A stretch of 64,000 nucleotides of DNA from an uncultured delta proteobacterium. Its GTDB lineage: Bacteria > Myxococcota_A > UBA9160 > SZUA-336. This document shows, piece by piece, positions 27,121 through 36,349 of the stretch. Position numbers and translations under genes: made by a program. The stretch spans positions 244,905-308,904 of the forward strand of contig CAVPHD010000005.1 of NCBI GenBank assembly GCA_963704165.1. Reading direction: 5' to 3'. The notes beneath the pieces were generated by a model that worked only from the letters and a program-made list of their open reading frames with translations, searched no databases and had not been told where the DNA came from. Each line of letters begins with the position of its first letter. Position 1 is the first letter of the stretch.

Positions 27121-29202
27121 CTACGAAGCCGTACGCGGCAGGTTCTTGTCCTCGGGTAGAACTCGCTGGCGAGCGAGGTCTCGGAAGCGCGCGTGCGAAT
27201 CGGGAACGCCCGTCGCCGCTTCGCGCCGCCAGACCCCGTCGGGATCGAGCGACCAGGAAAGTGGATTCGGCTCGAGGTTCACCGTCACGATCTCCTCCAG
27301 ACGCGCCTGTAGCGCCGGGTCGTCGATCTGGGCCAGCGTCTCGACGCGCCGGTCGAGGTTGCGCGTCATCAGGTCGGCGGAGCCGACGAAATACCGCGGC
27401 GTTCGATCCGGGTGACCGAATCGGAAGATGCGGGAGTGCTCGAGGAAGCGTCCAAGCGTCGAGTGCACGCGAATCCGTCCCTCGACGCCCTCGGCGTCGG
27501 GCCGCAGGCAGCAGATGCTGCGGACGATCAGGTCGATCTCGGTTCCGGCGCGCGCTGCCGCATAGAGCGCGTCGATGATTCCTTCGTCGGAAAGGTTGTT
27601 CACCTTGATCACGATCCGACCCGCATCGGACTCCGTCTCGCGCCGGATCTCGTCGAGCAATCGCGAGCGCAGCGTCGCCGGAGCGACGAGCAGTCGCCGG
27701 TACCCGCCCGGCCGACCGCAGCCTGTCAGATAGTTGAAGACCTCGGAGATGTCGGCGCCGAGCTCGGGATTCGCGGAGAGCACGCCGACGTCCTCGTAGG
27801 TATCGGCGGTCGTCGCGTTGTAGTTCCCCGTGCCGATGTGGCAGTAGCGCCGGATCTCGTTGCCCTCGCGCCGCACCACCAGCGCGATCTTCGCGTGGGT
27901 CTTCAGGCCGACGATGCCGTAGACGACGTGCACGCCCGCCTGCTCGAGTCGCCGCGCCCATTCGATGTTCGAGCTCTCGTCGAAGCGCGCTTTGAGCTCG
28001 ATCAGCGCGACGACTTCCTTGCCCGTCTGCGCACCGCGCATCAGCGCACGCACGATCGGGTTGTCGCGACCCGATGTCCGGTACAAGGTGTGCTTGATCG
28101 CGAGCACGTCGGGATCCGTCGCGGCTTGCGTGAGGAAGGCCTCCACCGAGCTCCGGAACGAGTCATACGGGTGGTGAACGAGCACGTCGCCGTCGCGAAT
28201 CACGCGAAACAGGTCGGGTGGGCCATCGCTGGGCAGCAGGCGAGGAGGCGTCTGCGGCAACCACGGTTCGTCCTTCAAATCGGAGCGATCGAGCGCATAC
28301 AGCGACCAGAGACTCCGCAACCCGAGTGGCCCGTCGAGCACGTAGACCTCGTCGTGCTCGAGCTCGAGCTCGGCGATGAGCAGATCGCGAACGCGCGTGG
28401 ACATGCTTCGGTCGATCTCGAGCCGGACGGCGTCGTTCATGCGCAATCGACGTTGAAGCCCGGACTGGATGGCTTCGAGAAGGTCGTCGGCGTCGTCCTC
28501 GTCGAGCGAGAGCTCGGCGTCGAGCGTCAGGCGGAACGGGTGGTTCGAGACGATCTCCATGCCGCGGAAGAGCGCATCGAGATGAGCGGCGATCAGCTGC
28601 TCGATCGGGAGGAATCGTTCGCCGTCGGGAAGCGCGTAGAAGCGCGGCAGCAGGCCAGGCACCTTCACGCGCGCGAAGTGGCTCTCTCCGGAACCCGTTT
28701 CGCGCACGATCACGGCGAGGTTCAGCGACAGGTTCGACACGTACGGAAACGGGTGCGCCCGATCGACGGCCTGGGGCGTGAGAACCGGCAGGATCTGTTC
28801 CTCGAAGACACTTCGGAGTCGGTCGCGTTCGATCTGATCGAGCTCTGCCCATCCGACGAGACGAATTCGATTCTCGGCGAGCGCCGGCAGGATCTCCTTG
28901 TGAAGGACGCCTTCCTGCACACGAAGCTGATCGAGGACCTGCTTGCGGATCTCCGCGAGTTGCTCGCGCGGCGTTCGGCCATCCGAGGCGGGCCGGGTCA
29001 CGCCAGCATCGACTTGCGCGCGCAAGCCCGCCACGCGCACTTGGAAGAACTCGTCGAGGTTCGAGCCCACGATCGCGAGGTACTTCACGCGCTCGAGCAG
29101 CTTCTGCCCGGGATCCTCGGCCAGAGCCAGCACGCGGCGGTTCCAGTCGAGCCAGGAGAGCTCGCGGTTGAGGAATCGCGCCTGATCTGGAGCCGTCGGC
29201 AT
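27121..29202 (-). CDS. ppk1: Polyphosphate kinase 1
   Basis: FLNRELSWL, NLDEFFQVRVAGL, HPFPY, HHPYDSF, ELKARFDE, LKTHAK, GTGNYN, RFLEHSR, SADLMTRNLDRRVE. Confidence 0.96.
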   Translation of the reverse strand: MPTAPDQARFLNRELSWLDWNRRVLALAEDPGQKLLERVKYLAIVGSNLDEFFQVRVAGLRAQVDAGVTRPASDGRTPREQLAEIRKQVLDQLRVQEGVLHKEILPALAENRIRLVGWAELDQIERDRLRSVFEEQILPVLTPQAVDRAHPFPYVSNLSLNLAVIVRETGSGESHFARVKVPGLLPRFYALPDGERFLPIEQLIAAHLDALFRGMEIVSNHPFRLTLDAELSLDEDDADDLLEAIQSGLQRRLRMNDAVRLEIDRSMSTRVRDLLIAELELEHDEVYVLDGPLGLRSLWSLYALDRSDLKDEPWLPQTPPRLLPSDGPPDLFRVIRDGDVLVHHPYDSFRSSVEAFLTQAATDPDVLAIKHTLYRTSGRDNPIVRALMRGAQTGKEVVALIELKARFDESSNIEWARRLEQAGVHVVYGIVGLKTHAKIALVVRREGNEIRRYCHIGTGNYNATTADTYEDVGVLSANPELGADISEVFNYLTGCGRPGGYRRLLVAPATLRSRLLDEIRRETESDAGRIVIKVNNLSDEGIIDALYAAARAGTEIDLIVRSICCLRPDAEGVEGRIRVHSTLGRFLEHSRIFRFGHPDRTPRYFVGSADLMTRNLDRRVETLAQIDDPALQARLEEIVTVNLEPNPLSWSLDPDGVWRREAATGVPDSHARFRDLARQRVLPEDKNLPRTAS

Positions 29203-29404
29203 TCTGGTCACACCGGGGGGCAACGAGGTTCGGATGCGACGTGTCGCACGTCGCGGGAAACGCAGAATACGATATCTGCAGGAGATATCTCGGCAGCTTC
29301 GATCTCGGCTTGAAGTCGCGTGCGGATCACGACCGGATTTTCGGGCCCGCGAGGTCGATGCACGGGTTTCCGAAACGGCCCGGTCTGACGTACCGTCGGC
29401 GGTC

Positions 29405-30559
29405 GTGAGGCTTCGCCAGGGCGCGCAGAACTTCGAAGTCACGGAGCTGCCGATCTACGAGCCCGAGGGCGCGGGTGAGCACCTGTACGCGTGGATCGAG
29501 AAGGAAGGCGTGGATTCGGAGCAGGTGGTCGATGCGCTCCGCGCTGCAACGGGACGGCCGGCGCGCGACATCGGCTATGCGGGACGGAAGGACCGCTCGG
29601 CGATCACGCGTCAGTGGTTCAGCATCCGGCTCGCGACCGAAGGGGCGCTGCAGCGACTCGAAGCGCCCGCGGGTGGACGGATCTCGGTGCTCGAGGTCTC
29701 GCGTGACCGCAGCAAGCTCCGGCTCGGACAGCTGCGCGGGAACCGATTTCGGCTCGGAATCGACACGGAGGGCGACGAGGGAGCGCTGGCCACGTCGCGG
29801 GCCCGCCTCGCGCACATGACCGAGTTCGGTGTAGTCAACCGATTCGGCGCGCAGCGTTTTGGCATCGGCTCCGCGAACATCGAGATCGCGATCGCCTGGG
29901 GTCGGGGCGATGCCGCGCGCGCTGCATCGCTGTGCATCGACCCGACCGGAGCGTGGAAGCTCGGAGAGCCGCTGCCCTCGGGCTTCCGTCCGGGTCCCTC
30001 CGGACGCGTGCTCGGGGCGCTTCGACGCGCACCCGGGGACCCGAGTCTCGCACTCCGCGCCGCGGGGACGCGCTTCGCGAAGCTGATCGCATCTGCGGCG
30101 CAGAGCGCAGTCTTCAACGCGGTGCTCGAGGCGCGCCGCGGCGCCGGCTTGCTTCACACGCTGCGTGTCGGCGACGTCGCCCGCCGCCGCGAGGGCGGAC
30201 TGTTCCGCTGTCTTCCGGAAGACCTCGAGACCCTGAACGCGAGTGCGGCGCCGGGTACGCTCGCGATCGCCGCGACGGGTCCGCTTCCGGGGTCCGAGAT
30301 GTACGCGCCGGGTCCCGGAGTCGGCAACGAGGAGCGGGCCTGGAGCGAAGCGACCGGCGTGGATTGGAGCATCTTCGACTCCGGTTCCGTGCTCGCGAGC
30401 CCCGGCGATCGCCGCGCGTTGATCGTGCCCTTTCTCGAGCCTCCGAGGCTCGACGCCGATCGAGACGTCGTCTGGATCGACTTCGCGCTCCCCTCCGGCA
30501 GCTATGCGACCGAAGTGATGACTCAACTCGGTGTAGAGCTCCCCGAGCGTCGCGCCTAG
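29405..30559 (+). CDS. truD: tRNA pseudouridine(13) synthase TruD (start uncertain)
   Basis: FEVTE, GAGEH, YAGRKDRSAITRQWFS, GNRF, NRFGAQRFG, SAAQSAVFN, TGPL, FALPSGSYAT. Confidence 0.9.
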   Translation: MRLRQGAQNFEVTELPIYEPEGAGEHLYAWIEKEGVDSEQVVDALRAATGRPARDIGYAGRKDRSAITRQWFSIRLATEGALQRLEAPAGGRISVLEVSRDRSKLRLGQLRGNRFRLGIDTEGDEGALATSRARLAHMTEFGVVNRFGAQRFGIGSANIEIAIAWGRGDAARAASLCIDPTGAWKLGEPLPSGFRPGPSGRVLGALRRAPGDPSLALRAAGTRFAKLIASAAQSAVFNAVLEARRGAGLLHTLRVGDVARRREGGLFRCLPEDLETLNASAAPGTLAIAATGPLPGSEMYAPGPGVGNEERAWSEATGVDWSIFDSGSVLASPGDRRALIVPFLEPPRLDADRDVVWIDFALPSGSYATEVMTQLGVELPERRA

Positions 30560-30668
30560 GACCTCGCAGGCGATCCTGGTCATCAGCGTCGGATGCGTCC
30601 TGCGCCGAACGGACGCAAGGCCGGCACGCCTCGCTCCGATAGTCCGGAAGACGCCGGGCGATCAGGGA

Positions 30669-31562
30669 GTGCCCGACGAATTGCCGCATCTCCGCACTCG
30701 AACTCGAGTGAATCGGGAGCCGAGCGACCTGACGATGCCCGACGCGCTCACGATGTCGATCGCTCTCGCGCGAGGGCTCGCCACGGCGCACGAGGTGCTC
30801 CACGTCGAGGGAATGCGCGCGGCCGCGGCGCTCGAGGGAAACCCGTTCGAGGTCGAGGTCCGGCGCTTCGGCCGCGCGACCGCGACGCTCTCGGCGAAGC
30901 TGGGGCTCGTGGAATCGTACAACCGTGTCGTCGGCCTCGAGCTCCAGGACGCGCGCGCGATTCCCGAGATGCTCGCGTTCTTCCGCACTCGAGGCATCCG
31001 CGCGCGCTTCGAGATCGGCCCGGCGGAGCTGACCTCGGCGCTCGCACTCCAGCTCGCGATCGAGAGGGTCGGAGTCGAACGGATCGAGACGGTGGTTCAC
31101 GCACCGATCGCCGCCCTGGTGCCCCCGCGCGCGAGTCGCGTGCGGGTGAGACCGTCGCCGTTCGAGGAGCTCGATACGTTTCTCGAGATCTGGGCGCGCG
31201 GCTTCGCGCTGCCGGAGTTCCTCTGGGCGGACGTGAAGCGGATGCGCGCGGCCTGGTTCAGCATCCCGACGCTCGAGCGCTACGTGGCGATCATCGATGG
31301 TGAGCCGATCGCCTGCGCTGGCCTCTACGTCCACGGTGACGTCGGCTACCTGTGCGAATCGGCGACGCTCCCCGAGGCGCGTGGCCGTGGCGCGCAGGCC
31401 GCGTTGATCGCCCGACGCTGGCGCGACGCCGCTGCTTCGGGATGTCGACACGTGATGAGCACGACCTCGTTTGGCGGAACGAGCCAGAGCAACATGGAGC
31501 GCGCGGGAATGCGGACCGCACACTCCATGTGCATCTGGCTCGACTACGGCCTGGGATTCTGA
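30669..31562 (+). CDS. GNAT family N-acetyltransferase
   Basis: SATLPEARGRGAQAALIARR, SQSNMERAG acetyl-CoA-binding motifs. Confidence 0.8.
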   Translation: MPDELPHLRTRTRVNREPSDLTMPDALTMSIALARGLATAHEVLHVEGMRAAAALEGNPFEVEVRRFGRATATLSAKLGLVESYNRVVGLELQDARAIPEMLAFFRTRGIRARFEIGPAELTSALALQLAIERVGVERIETVVHAPIAALVPPRASRVRVRPSPFEELDTFLEIWARGFALPEFLWADVKRMRAAWFSIPTLERYVAIIDGEPIACAGLYVHGDVGYLCESATLPEARGRGAQAALIARRWRDAAASGCRHVMSTTSFGGTSQSNMERAGMRTAHSMCIWLDYGLGF

Positions 31563-31585
31563 CCCGACCGACGCTGCCAAACGGC

Positions 31586-31614
31586 TTGTCGCCCGAACTG
31601 GAACGTGTTCCAAT
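31586..31614 (+). promoter_or_regulatory. Promoter with KstR-like operator (31599-31612)
   Basis: TTGTCG-N17-TCCAAT. Box TGGAACGTGTTCCA is identical to the one at 22473. Confidence 0.72.
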
Positions 31615-31708
31615 TGCCTCGACGAAGGCGCAGGCACGGCACGGGAAGGGCGGAGTCGAGGAGGACGCCGAGTCGGTCGTCGGAGCTGCTCCGGGAGGGA
31701 GTTTCTCA

Positions 31709-32344
31709 TTGAGGCATCCTCTTCGGTTGCATCCCGCGATGACGGCTTCTGGAGTCGTGGCGATCGTCCTCGCTCTGGCGGTGCCCGCGTCTTCGTCATC
31801 GACCGCTCCCCAACCCGGGTGGGCGGGCGTACCGGCCGGCGGCGGCTTCGAGGCGGAACCGAGCTGCACTTCGTGCCACACGGGCTTTCCGCTGAACTCC
31901 GACGGGCGAGGAGCTCTGACGCTTTCTGGTGTTCCCACCCATTACGCTCCGGGAAAGCGCTATCCGCTCGTGCTCGAGCTGCGGCATCCCGACGAAGAGC
32001 TCCGCCGCTGGGGCTTTCAGCTCACCGCGGTTCGTGCCCAGACGCTCTCGGGCGCGGGATCGTTCATCGTGACCGACGCTCCGAACACGGAGCTCATCCG
32101 CGGAACCGTCGGAGATCGCGAATACATGAGCCACTCCTACTACGGCACCGGCGTCGGCGAGGCGGGCGGCTACCACTGGGGTTTCGACTGGATCGCTCCC
32201 GAGCGTGGAGCCGGTCGGGTCGAGTTCTACGGGGTCGGGAGCGCCGCGAATCTGGACGGCTCGCAGGAGGGCGACCGGATCTACGGTCCGGGGCCGAAGC
32301 CGCTCGCGATCACAGACCCCAAGCCGGACGCGGCGAAGGAGTAG
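31709..32344 (+). CDS. Secreted Reeler-like / choice-of-anchor V domain protein with CxxCH motif
   Basis: Signal peptide, AGVP..EPSCTSCH, GVPTHYAPG, WGFQLTA, FDWIAP, ANLDG..GDRIY. TTG 31709 follows a GGAGG Shine-Dalgarno; alternative ATG 31739. Confidence 0.7.
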   Translation: MRHPLRLHPAMTASGVVAIVLALAVPASSSSTAPQPGWAGVPAGGGFEAEPSCTSCHTGFPLNSDGRGALTLSGVPTHYAPGKRYPLVLELRHPDEELRRWGFQLTAVRAQTLSGAGSFIVTDAPNTELIRGTVGDREYMSHSYYGTGVGEAGGYHWGFDWIAPERGAGRVEFYGVGSAANLDGSQEGDRIYGPGPKPLAITDPKPDAAKE

Positions 32345-32348
32345 CGGC

Positions 32349-33221
32349 ATGAGATTCTGGCAGTCCGTATCGCTCACCGAACCCGACCAGGTCGTCGAGA
32401 TCGCGAAGATCTCCGAAGAGGTCGGGTTCGACGGGATCCTCGTGTCCGACCATCTGTTCTTTCCCGAGAAGCTCACGTCGAAGTATCCCTACTCGCCGGA
32501 TGGCGTTCCCGGTTTCACGGCGGAGACGGCGTGGCCCGAGCCGTTTGCGCTGATCGCCGCGATGAGCGCGGTCACGCGACGCGTGCGCTTCGCGACGATG
32601 GTCTACATCCTTCCGCTTCGAAATCCGCTCGAGGTCGCGAAGGCGACGGCCACGCTCGACGTGCTCTCGGGTGGGCGATTCGTTCTCGGCGTCGGCGCGG
32701 GCTGGATGAAAGAGGAGTTCGACCAGCTCGGAGTGGACTTCCACACGCGCGGCGCGCGCCTCGACGAGTCGATCGACGTCCTGCGAACGATCTGGTCCGG
32801 CGGCATGGTCGAGCACCACGGGCGCTTCTTCGATTTCCCGCGTCTGCAGATGAGCCCGAAGCCGACGCAGGACGTGCCGATCTACGTCGGCGGCGCGAGC
32901 CCTGCGGCCCTGCGTCGCACGGCGCTCCGCGGCGATGGCTGGCTCGGAAACGGGTCGGACCCGGAAGAGGCATCGCGCGTACTCGCCGAGTTGAAGCGTC
33001 TGCGCCACGAAGCGGGTCGCGAGAATTCGCCGTTCGAGGCCGTCGTTCCGCTCACGACGCCGGCCGACGCCGACGTGCTGCGCAGGCTCGAGGACCAGGG
33101 CGCGCACGGCACCGTCAGCTACCCGATCCTGTACGCGCTCGGGCCGACGTCGACGCTCTCCGAGAAGCGCCGCTACCTCGAGAACTACGCGGAAACGGTG
33201 ATCCGAAAAGTGCCGAGCTGA
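32349..33221 (+). CDS. LLM-class (probably F420-dependent) oxidoreductase
   Basis: GFDGILVSDH, YPYSPDG, ATLDVLSGGRFVLGVGAGWMKEEF, PIYVGG. Confidence 0.88.
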   Translation: MRFWQSVSLTEPDQVVEIAKISEEVGFDGILVSDHLFFPEKLTSKYPYSPDGVPGFTAETAWPEPFALIAAMSAVTRRVRFATMVYILPLRNPLEVAKATATLDVLSGGRFVLGVGAGWMKEEFDQLGVDFHTRGARLDESIDVLRTIWSGGMVEHHGRFFDFPRLQMSPKPTQDVPIYVGGASPAALRRTALRGDGWLGNGSDPEEASRVLAELKRLRHEAGRENSPFEAVVPLTTPADADVLRRLEDQGAHGTVSYPILYALGPTSTLSEKRRYLENYAETVIRKVPS

Positions 33222-34894
33222 TGGCCGACCTCGAGGCCATTGCCGCCAAGCTCACGGGTCCGGGCGGCCCGTTCGAGATCGTCGTCGAGGACGTGCTCGG
33301 CACGCGCATGCCGGTTTTCAAGAATCGACTGCGCTCGCTGCGGGCGCTTCTCGAGCAATCGGCCGCCCACGACGACAAGGAGTACCTCGTCTGCGAGGGC
33401 CGACGCATTTCCTATGCGGAGCACCTGCGCCGGGTCGCACACGTGGCGGTCGCGCTTCGCGAGCGCTTCGGCGTCGGCAAGGGGGATCGCGTCGCGATCC
33501 TCGCCGCGAACTGCCCGGAGTGGATCATCGCGTTCTGGGCGGCGCAGGCGCTCGGCGCGATCGCCGTGGGATTGAACGGCTGGTGGGCGGGCGACGAGAT
33601 CATCTTCGGGATTCGCGATTGCGACCCGAAGGTCCTGATCGCGGATCGCCGCCGACTCGAGCGCGTGCCGGGGTCCGCGCTCGGGATCCCGATCGTCGAG
33701 ATCGAGTCCGATTTCGAGAAGCTCGCCTCGGGCGATGGCGAAGCGGTGCTTCCCGACGCCGCGATCTCCGAGGACGATCCCGCCGCGATCCTCTACACGA
33801 GCGGCACGACCGGACGACCCAAGGGCGCGATCAACACGCAGCGCAACATCCTCGCACTGCTCGGGATCCAATTCTTCCACGGCGTGCGACTGATGATGGC
33901 TGCCGCCGCCGACGGGCGCGTGGCGTCCGGTCCGCCGCGACCGACCTGTGCTCTCGTCACGACACCGCTCTTCCACGTCTCGGGTCTGTACACCGGAGCG
34001 ATCGTGATGCTCGCCAGCGGTGCGAAGACGGTCTGGCGTACGGGTCGCTTCGACGCCGAAGACGTCATGCGCCTGATTGCGCGCGAGCAGATCACTTCGT
34101 GGGCGCCGATGGGCACGATGGCCCACCGCGTCGTCCACCACCCAAGCGTCGGCAAGTACGATCTATCGAGCATCGTCAGCATCGGCTCGGGCGGCGCTCC
34201 GACGAGTCCCGAGCTGCAGGCGAAGATCCGAGACGCATTTCCATCCGCGCGCGCGAGCTTCGGGCTCGGTTACGGCCTCACCGAGTGCACCGCGCTGGCG
34301 ACGATCTCGTTCGGCGAGGACCTCGCGCGCCATCCGCACTCCGTCGGACAGCCGCTACCGACCGTAGAGATCGAGATCCGCGACGGCGGCGGCCGCGCGC
34401 TGCCCGAGGGCGAGACCGGCGAGATCTGCATCCGGAGCCCGCTCGTGATGGCCGGGTACTGGCGCAACCCGCGCGCCAGCGCCGAGTCGATCGTCGCCGA
34501 TCGCTGGCTTCGCAGCGGCGACGTCGGACGGATCGAGGACGGCCGGCTGTACGTCGATTCGCGCGCGCGCGATCTGATCCTGCGCGGCTCCGAGAACATC
34601 TACCCGGTCGAGATCGAGCAGCGCCTCGAAGCGCATCCCGACGTGCTCGAGGCGGCGGTGGTCGGCGTCGATCACGACGAGCTGGGCCAGGAGGTGAAGG
34701 CGATCGTCGTCGTCCGCTCCGGAGCGCGCCCGACGCCATCTCTGCTCGCCGCGTGGGTGGCCGACACGCTCGCCGCCTTCAAGGTTCCCGCGCATTGGCA
34801 GCTCGGCGAAGAACCGCTGCCGCGAAACGCCACCGGCAAGATCCTGAAGGACGTCCTCACGGGAGCGAGTGCGAATCCGTTCGTCGCCGAGTAG
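33221..34894 (+). CDS. Long-chain acyl-CoA synthetase (AMP-binding, FadD-like)
   Basis: LYTSGTTGRPKG, GYGLTE, GDVG, ENIYPVEIE, LPRNATGKILK. Confidence 0.92.
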   Translation: MADLEAIAAKLTGPGGPFEIVVEDVLGTRMPVFKNRLRSLRALLEQSAAHDDKEYLVCEGRRISYAEHLRRVAHVAVALRERFGVGKGDRVAILAANCPEWIIAFWAAQALGAIAVGLNGWWAGDEIIFGIRDCDPKVLIADRRRLERVPGSALGIPIVEIESDFEKLASGDGEAVLPDAAISEDDPAAILYTSGTTGRPKGAINTQRNILALLGIQFFHGVRLMMAAAADGRVASGPPRPTCALVTTPLFHVSGLYTGAIVMLASGAKTVWRTGRFDAEDVMRLIAREQITSWAPMGTMAHRVVHHPSVGKYDLSSIVSIGSGGAPTSPELQAKIRDAFPSARASFGLGYGLTECTALATISFGEDLARHPHSVGQPLPTVEIEIRDGGGRALPEGETGEICIRSPLVMAGYWRNPRASAESIVADRWLRSGDVGRIEDGRLYVDSRARDLILRGSENIYPVEIEQRLEAHPDVLEAAVVGVDHDELGQEVKAIVVVRSGARPTPSLLAAWVADTLAAFKVPAHWQLGEEPLPRNATGKILKDVLTGASANPFVAE

Positions 34895-34898
34895 CCGG

Positions 34899-35702
34899 TT
34901 ACGCTGGACTCCCGGGCGGGCGAGGCAGACCGACGAGGAAGGTCGCGTGCACCGGTGGGCCGACGAGGCGAATGCGCCCGATCTCCCAGATGTACGCATC
35001 ACGGTGTCGCGGCTCGAGCGATTCGACGAGCGCGCGGAGCTCCGGTGGCGAGTAGACGCGGAAGCAGGACACGAGCCCGTCCCAGAGCACGAAGAGCGGC
35101 AGGATCGGCACCAGGTACGTGAACGGGATCCACGACCAACGGAACGGGCGCAGGAACGGCAAGGAGAGCGCGAAGAAGATCGGCGCGAAGAGGATGCCGA
35201 CGATCGAGAGCGGTTCGCGCCCGATCGCCTCGAAGATCGCGATCGGGCGACCGCGGTCCGCCGCGTCCGCGAGGATCCGCCGTGCGGCCTCCGGGCGGAA
35301 GTGGTGCAGCGCGTTGAAGATCGTGCGAACTCCAGCCAGCTCGGGTGGCACGCGTGTCGCGTCGACGGGCTCGCGGTGCCAGTCGATGCGTCCCGAAGAG
35401 CCCGCCGCGACGCGCGAGAGCGCAGCTTCGTTCGGGTAGAAGTCCGTGAGTAGGGCGCGGACCTCGATGCCCTCGCACGCAAGCCGATCGATGATCCCCG
35501 CGATCGGCCCCGCGCCTCCGGAACACAGATCGACGACGCGTTTCTCGCCGACCGCCGCGAGCGTCGCGCCGAGCTTGGGTGCGAGGGCTTCCGGATGTCC
35601 GGCAAGGCGCGACGCGAACTCCAGGTACGCGGTTCCGGCGTCGCGCAGGACCGACGGGAACCATGGCTGGTCCTCGAGTTCGAACAGGTGCAATCGGTTC
35701 AT
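34899..35702 (-). CDS. Class I SAM-dependent methyltransferase-like protein
   Basis: RLHLFELEDQPWFP, VVDLCSGGAGP, LTDFYPN, FNALHHF. Confidence 0.75.
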   Translation of the reverse strand: MNRLHLFELEDQPWFPSVLRDAGTAYLEFASRLAGHPEALAPKLGATLAAVGEKRVVDLCSGGAGPIAGIIDRLACEGIEVRALLTDFYPNEAALSRVAAGSSGRIDWHREPVDATRVPPELAGVRTIFNALHHFRPEAARRILADAADRGRPIAIFEAIGREPLSIVGILFAPIFFALSLPFLRPFRWSWIPFTYLVPILPLFVLWDGLVSCFRVYSPPELRALVESLEPRHRDAYIWEIGRIRLVGPPVHATFLVGLPRPPGSPA

Positions 35703-35731
35703 CGCGCGCGCTCTTGTACCATGAGCGGCGC

Positions 35732-36199
35732 ATGGCTCAGTGGATCCCGATCGGCCGCTTCGCGCAGCTCTCCGGCTTCACGGTTCGAGCGCTGCGGCAC
35801 TACGAGAGCCTCGGCCTGCTCGTGCCGGGGCGCGTCGATCCCGCCAGCGGCTACCGATTCTATCGTCCCGAGCAGCTGCCCGACGCGCTGCGCGTTCGAC
35901 TGCTGCGCGCGCTCGAGATGCCGCTGCCCGACGTCGAGGCGGTGATGCGCGATCCCGAGAGCCCGGGCGCGCTCGAACAGCTCCGCGCGCACCGCGTCCG
36001 AGTCGCCTCGCGACTCGGTGAGCTCGAGCAGCAGCTTGCTCGGCTCGACGAATGGATTCACGGAGCGCTGCAAGAGCTCGACGCCGAGCTGCCCGCTCTC
36101 GACGAGGGCTCCGCAGATCCGTCCGGCGAGGAAGACCGCCCGGCCGAACCGTTGGAGCGGGCGTTCCTCGAGCTTTTCGGTCCGCCCGAGAAGCCCTGA
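35732..36199 (+). CDS. MerR family transcriptional regulator
   Basis: IGRFAQLSGFTVRALRHYESLGLLVPGRVDPASGYRFY. Confidence 0.9.
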   Translation: MAQWIPIGRFAQLSGFTVRALRHYESLGLLVPGRVDPASGYRFYRPEQLPDALRVRLLRALEMPLPDVEAVMRDPESPGALEQLRAHRVRVASRLGELEQQLARLDEWIHGALQELDAELPALDEGSADPSGEEDRPAEPLERAFLELFGPPEKP

Positions 36200-36218
36200 C
36201 CGTCCACTCCGAGGCTCC

Positions 36219-36244
36219 TTCCCGATGGGCATTCCCGACGGGAA
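36219..36244. repeat. Two tandem 13-bp palindromic units, TTCCCGATGGGCA and TTCCCGACGGGAA
   Basis: Direct repeat at 36219-36231 and 36232-36244 in the intergenic region. Confidence 0.6.
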
Positions 36245-36349
36245 ATCGATGGTGAATGGCCACGATTGTGACCCAGCGTACGGTGCCGGATCTGGCCCTC
36301 TGCGATCGTCGCGCTCGCAAAGCAGTCCTGCACCGCGCTGGGGGGCCTC

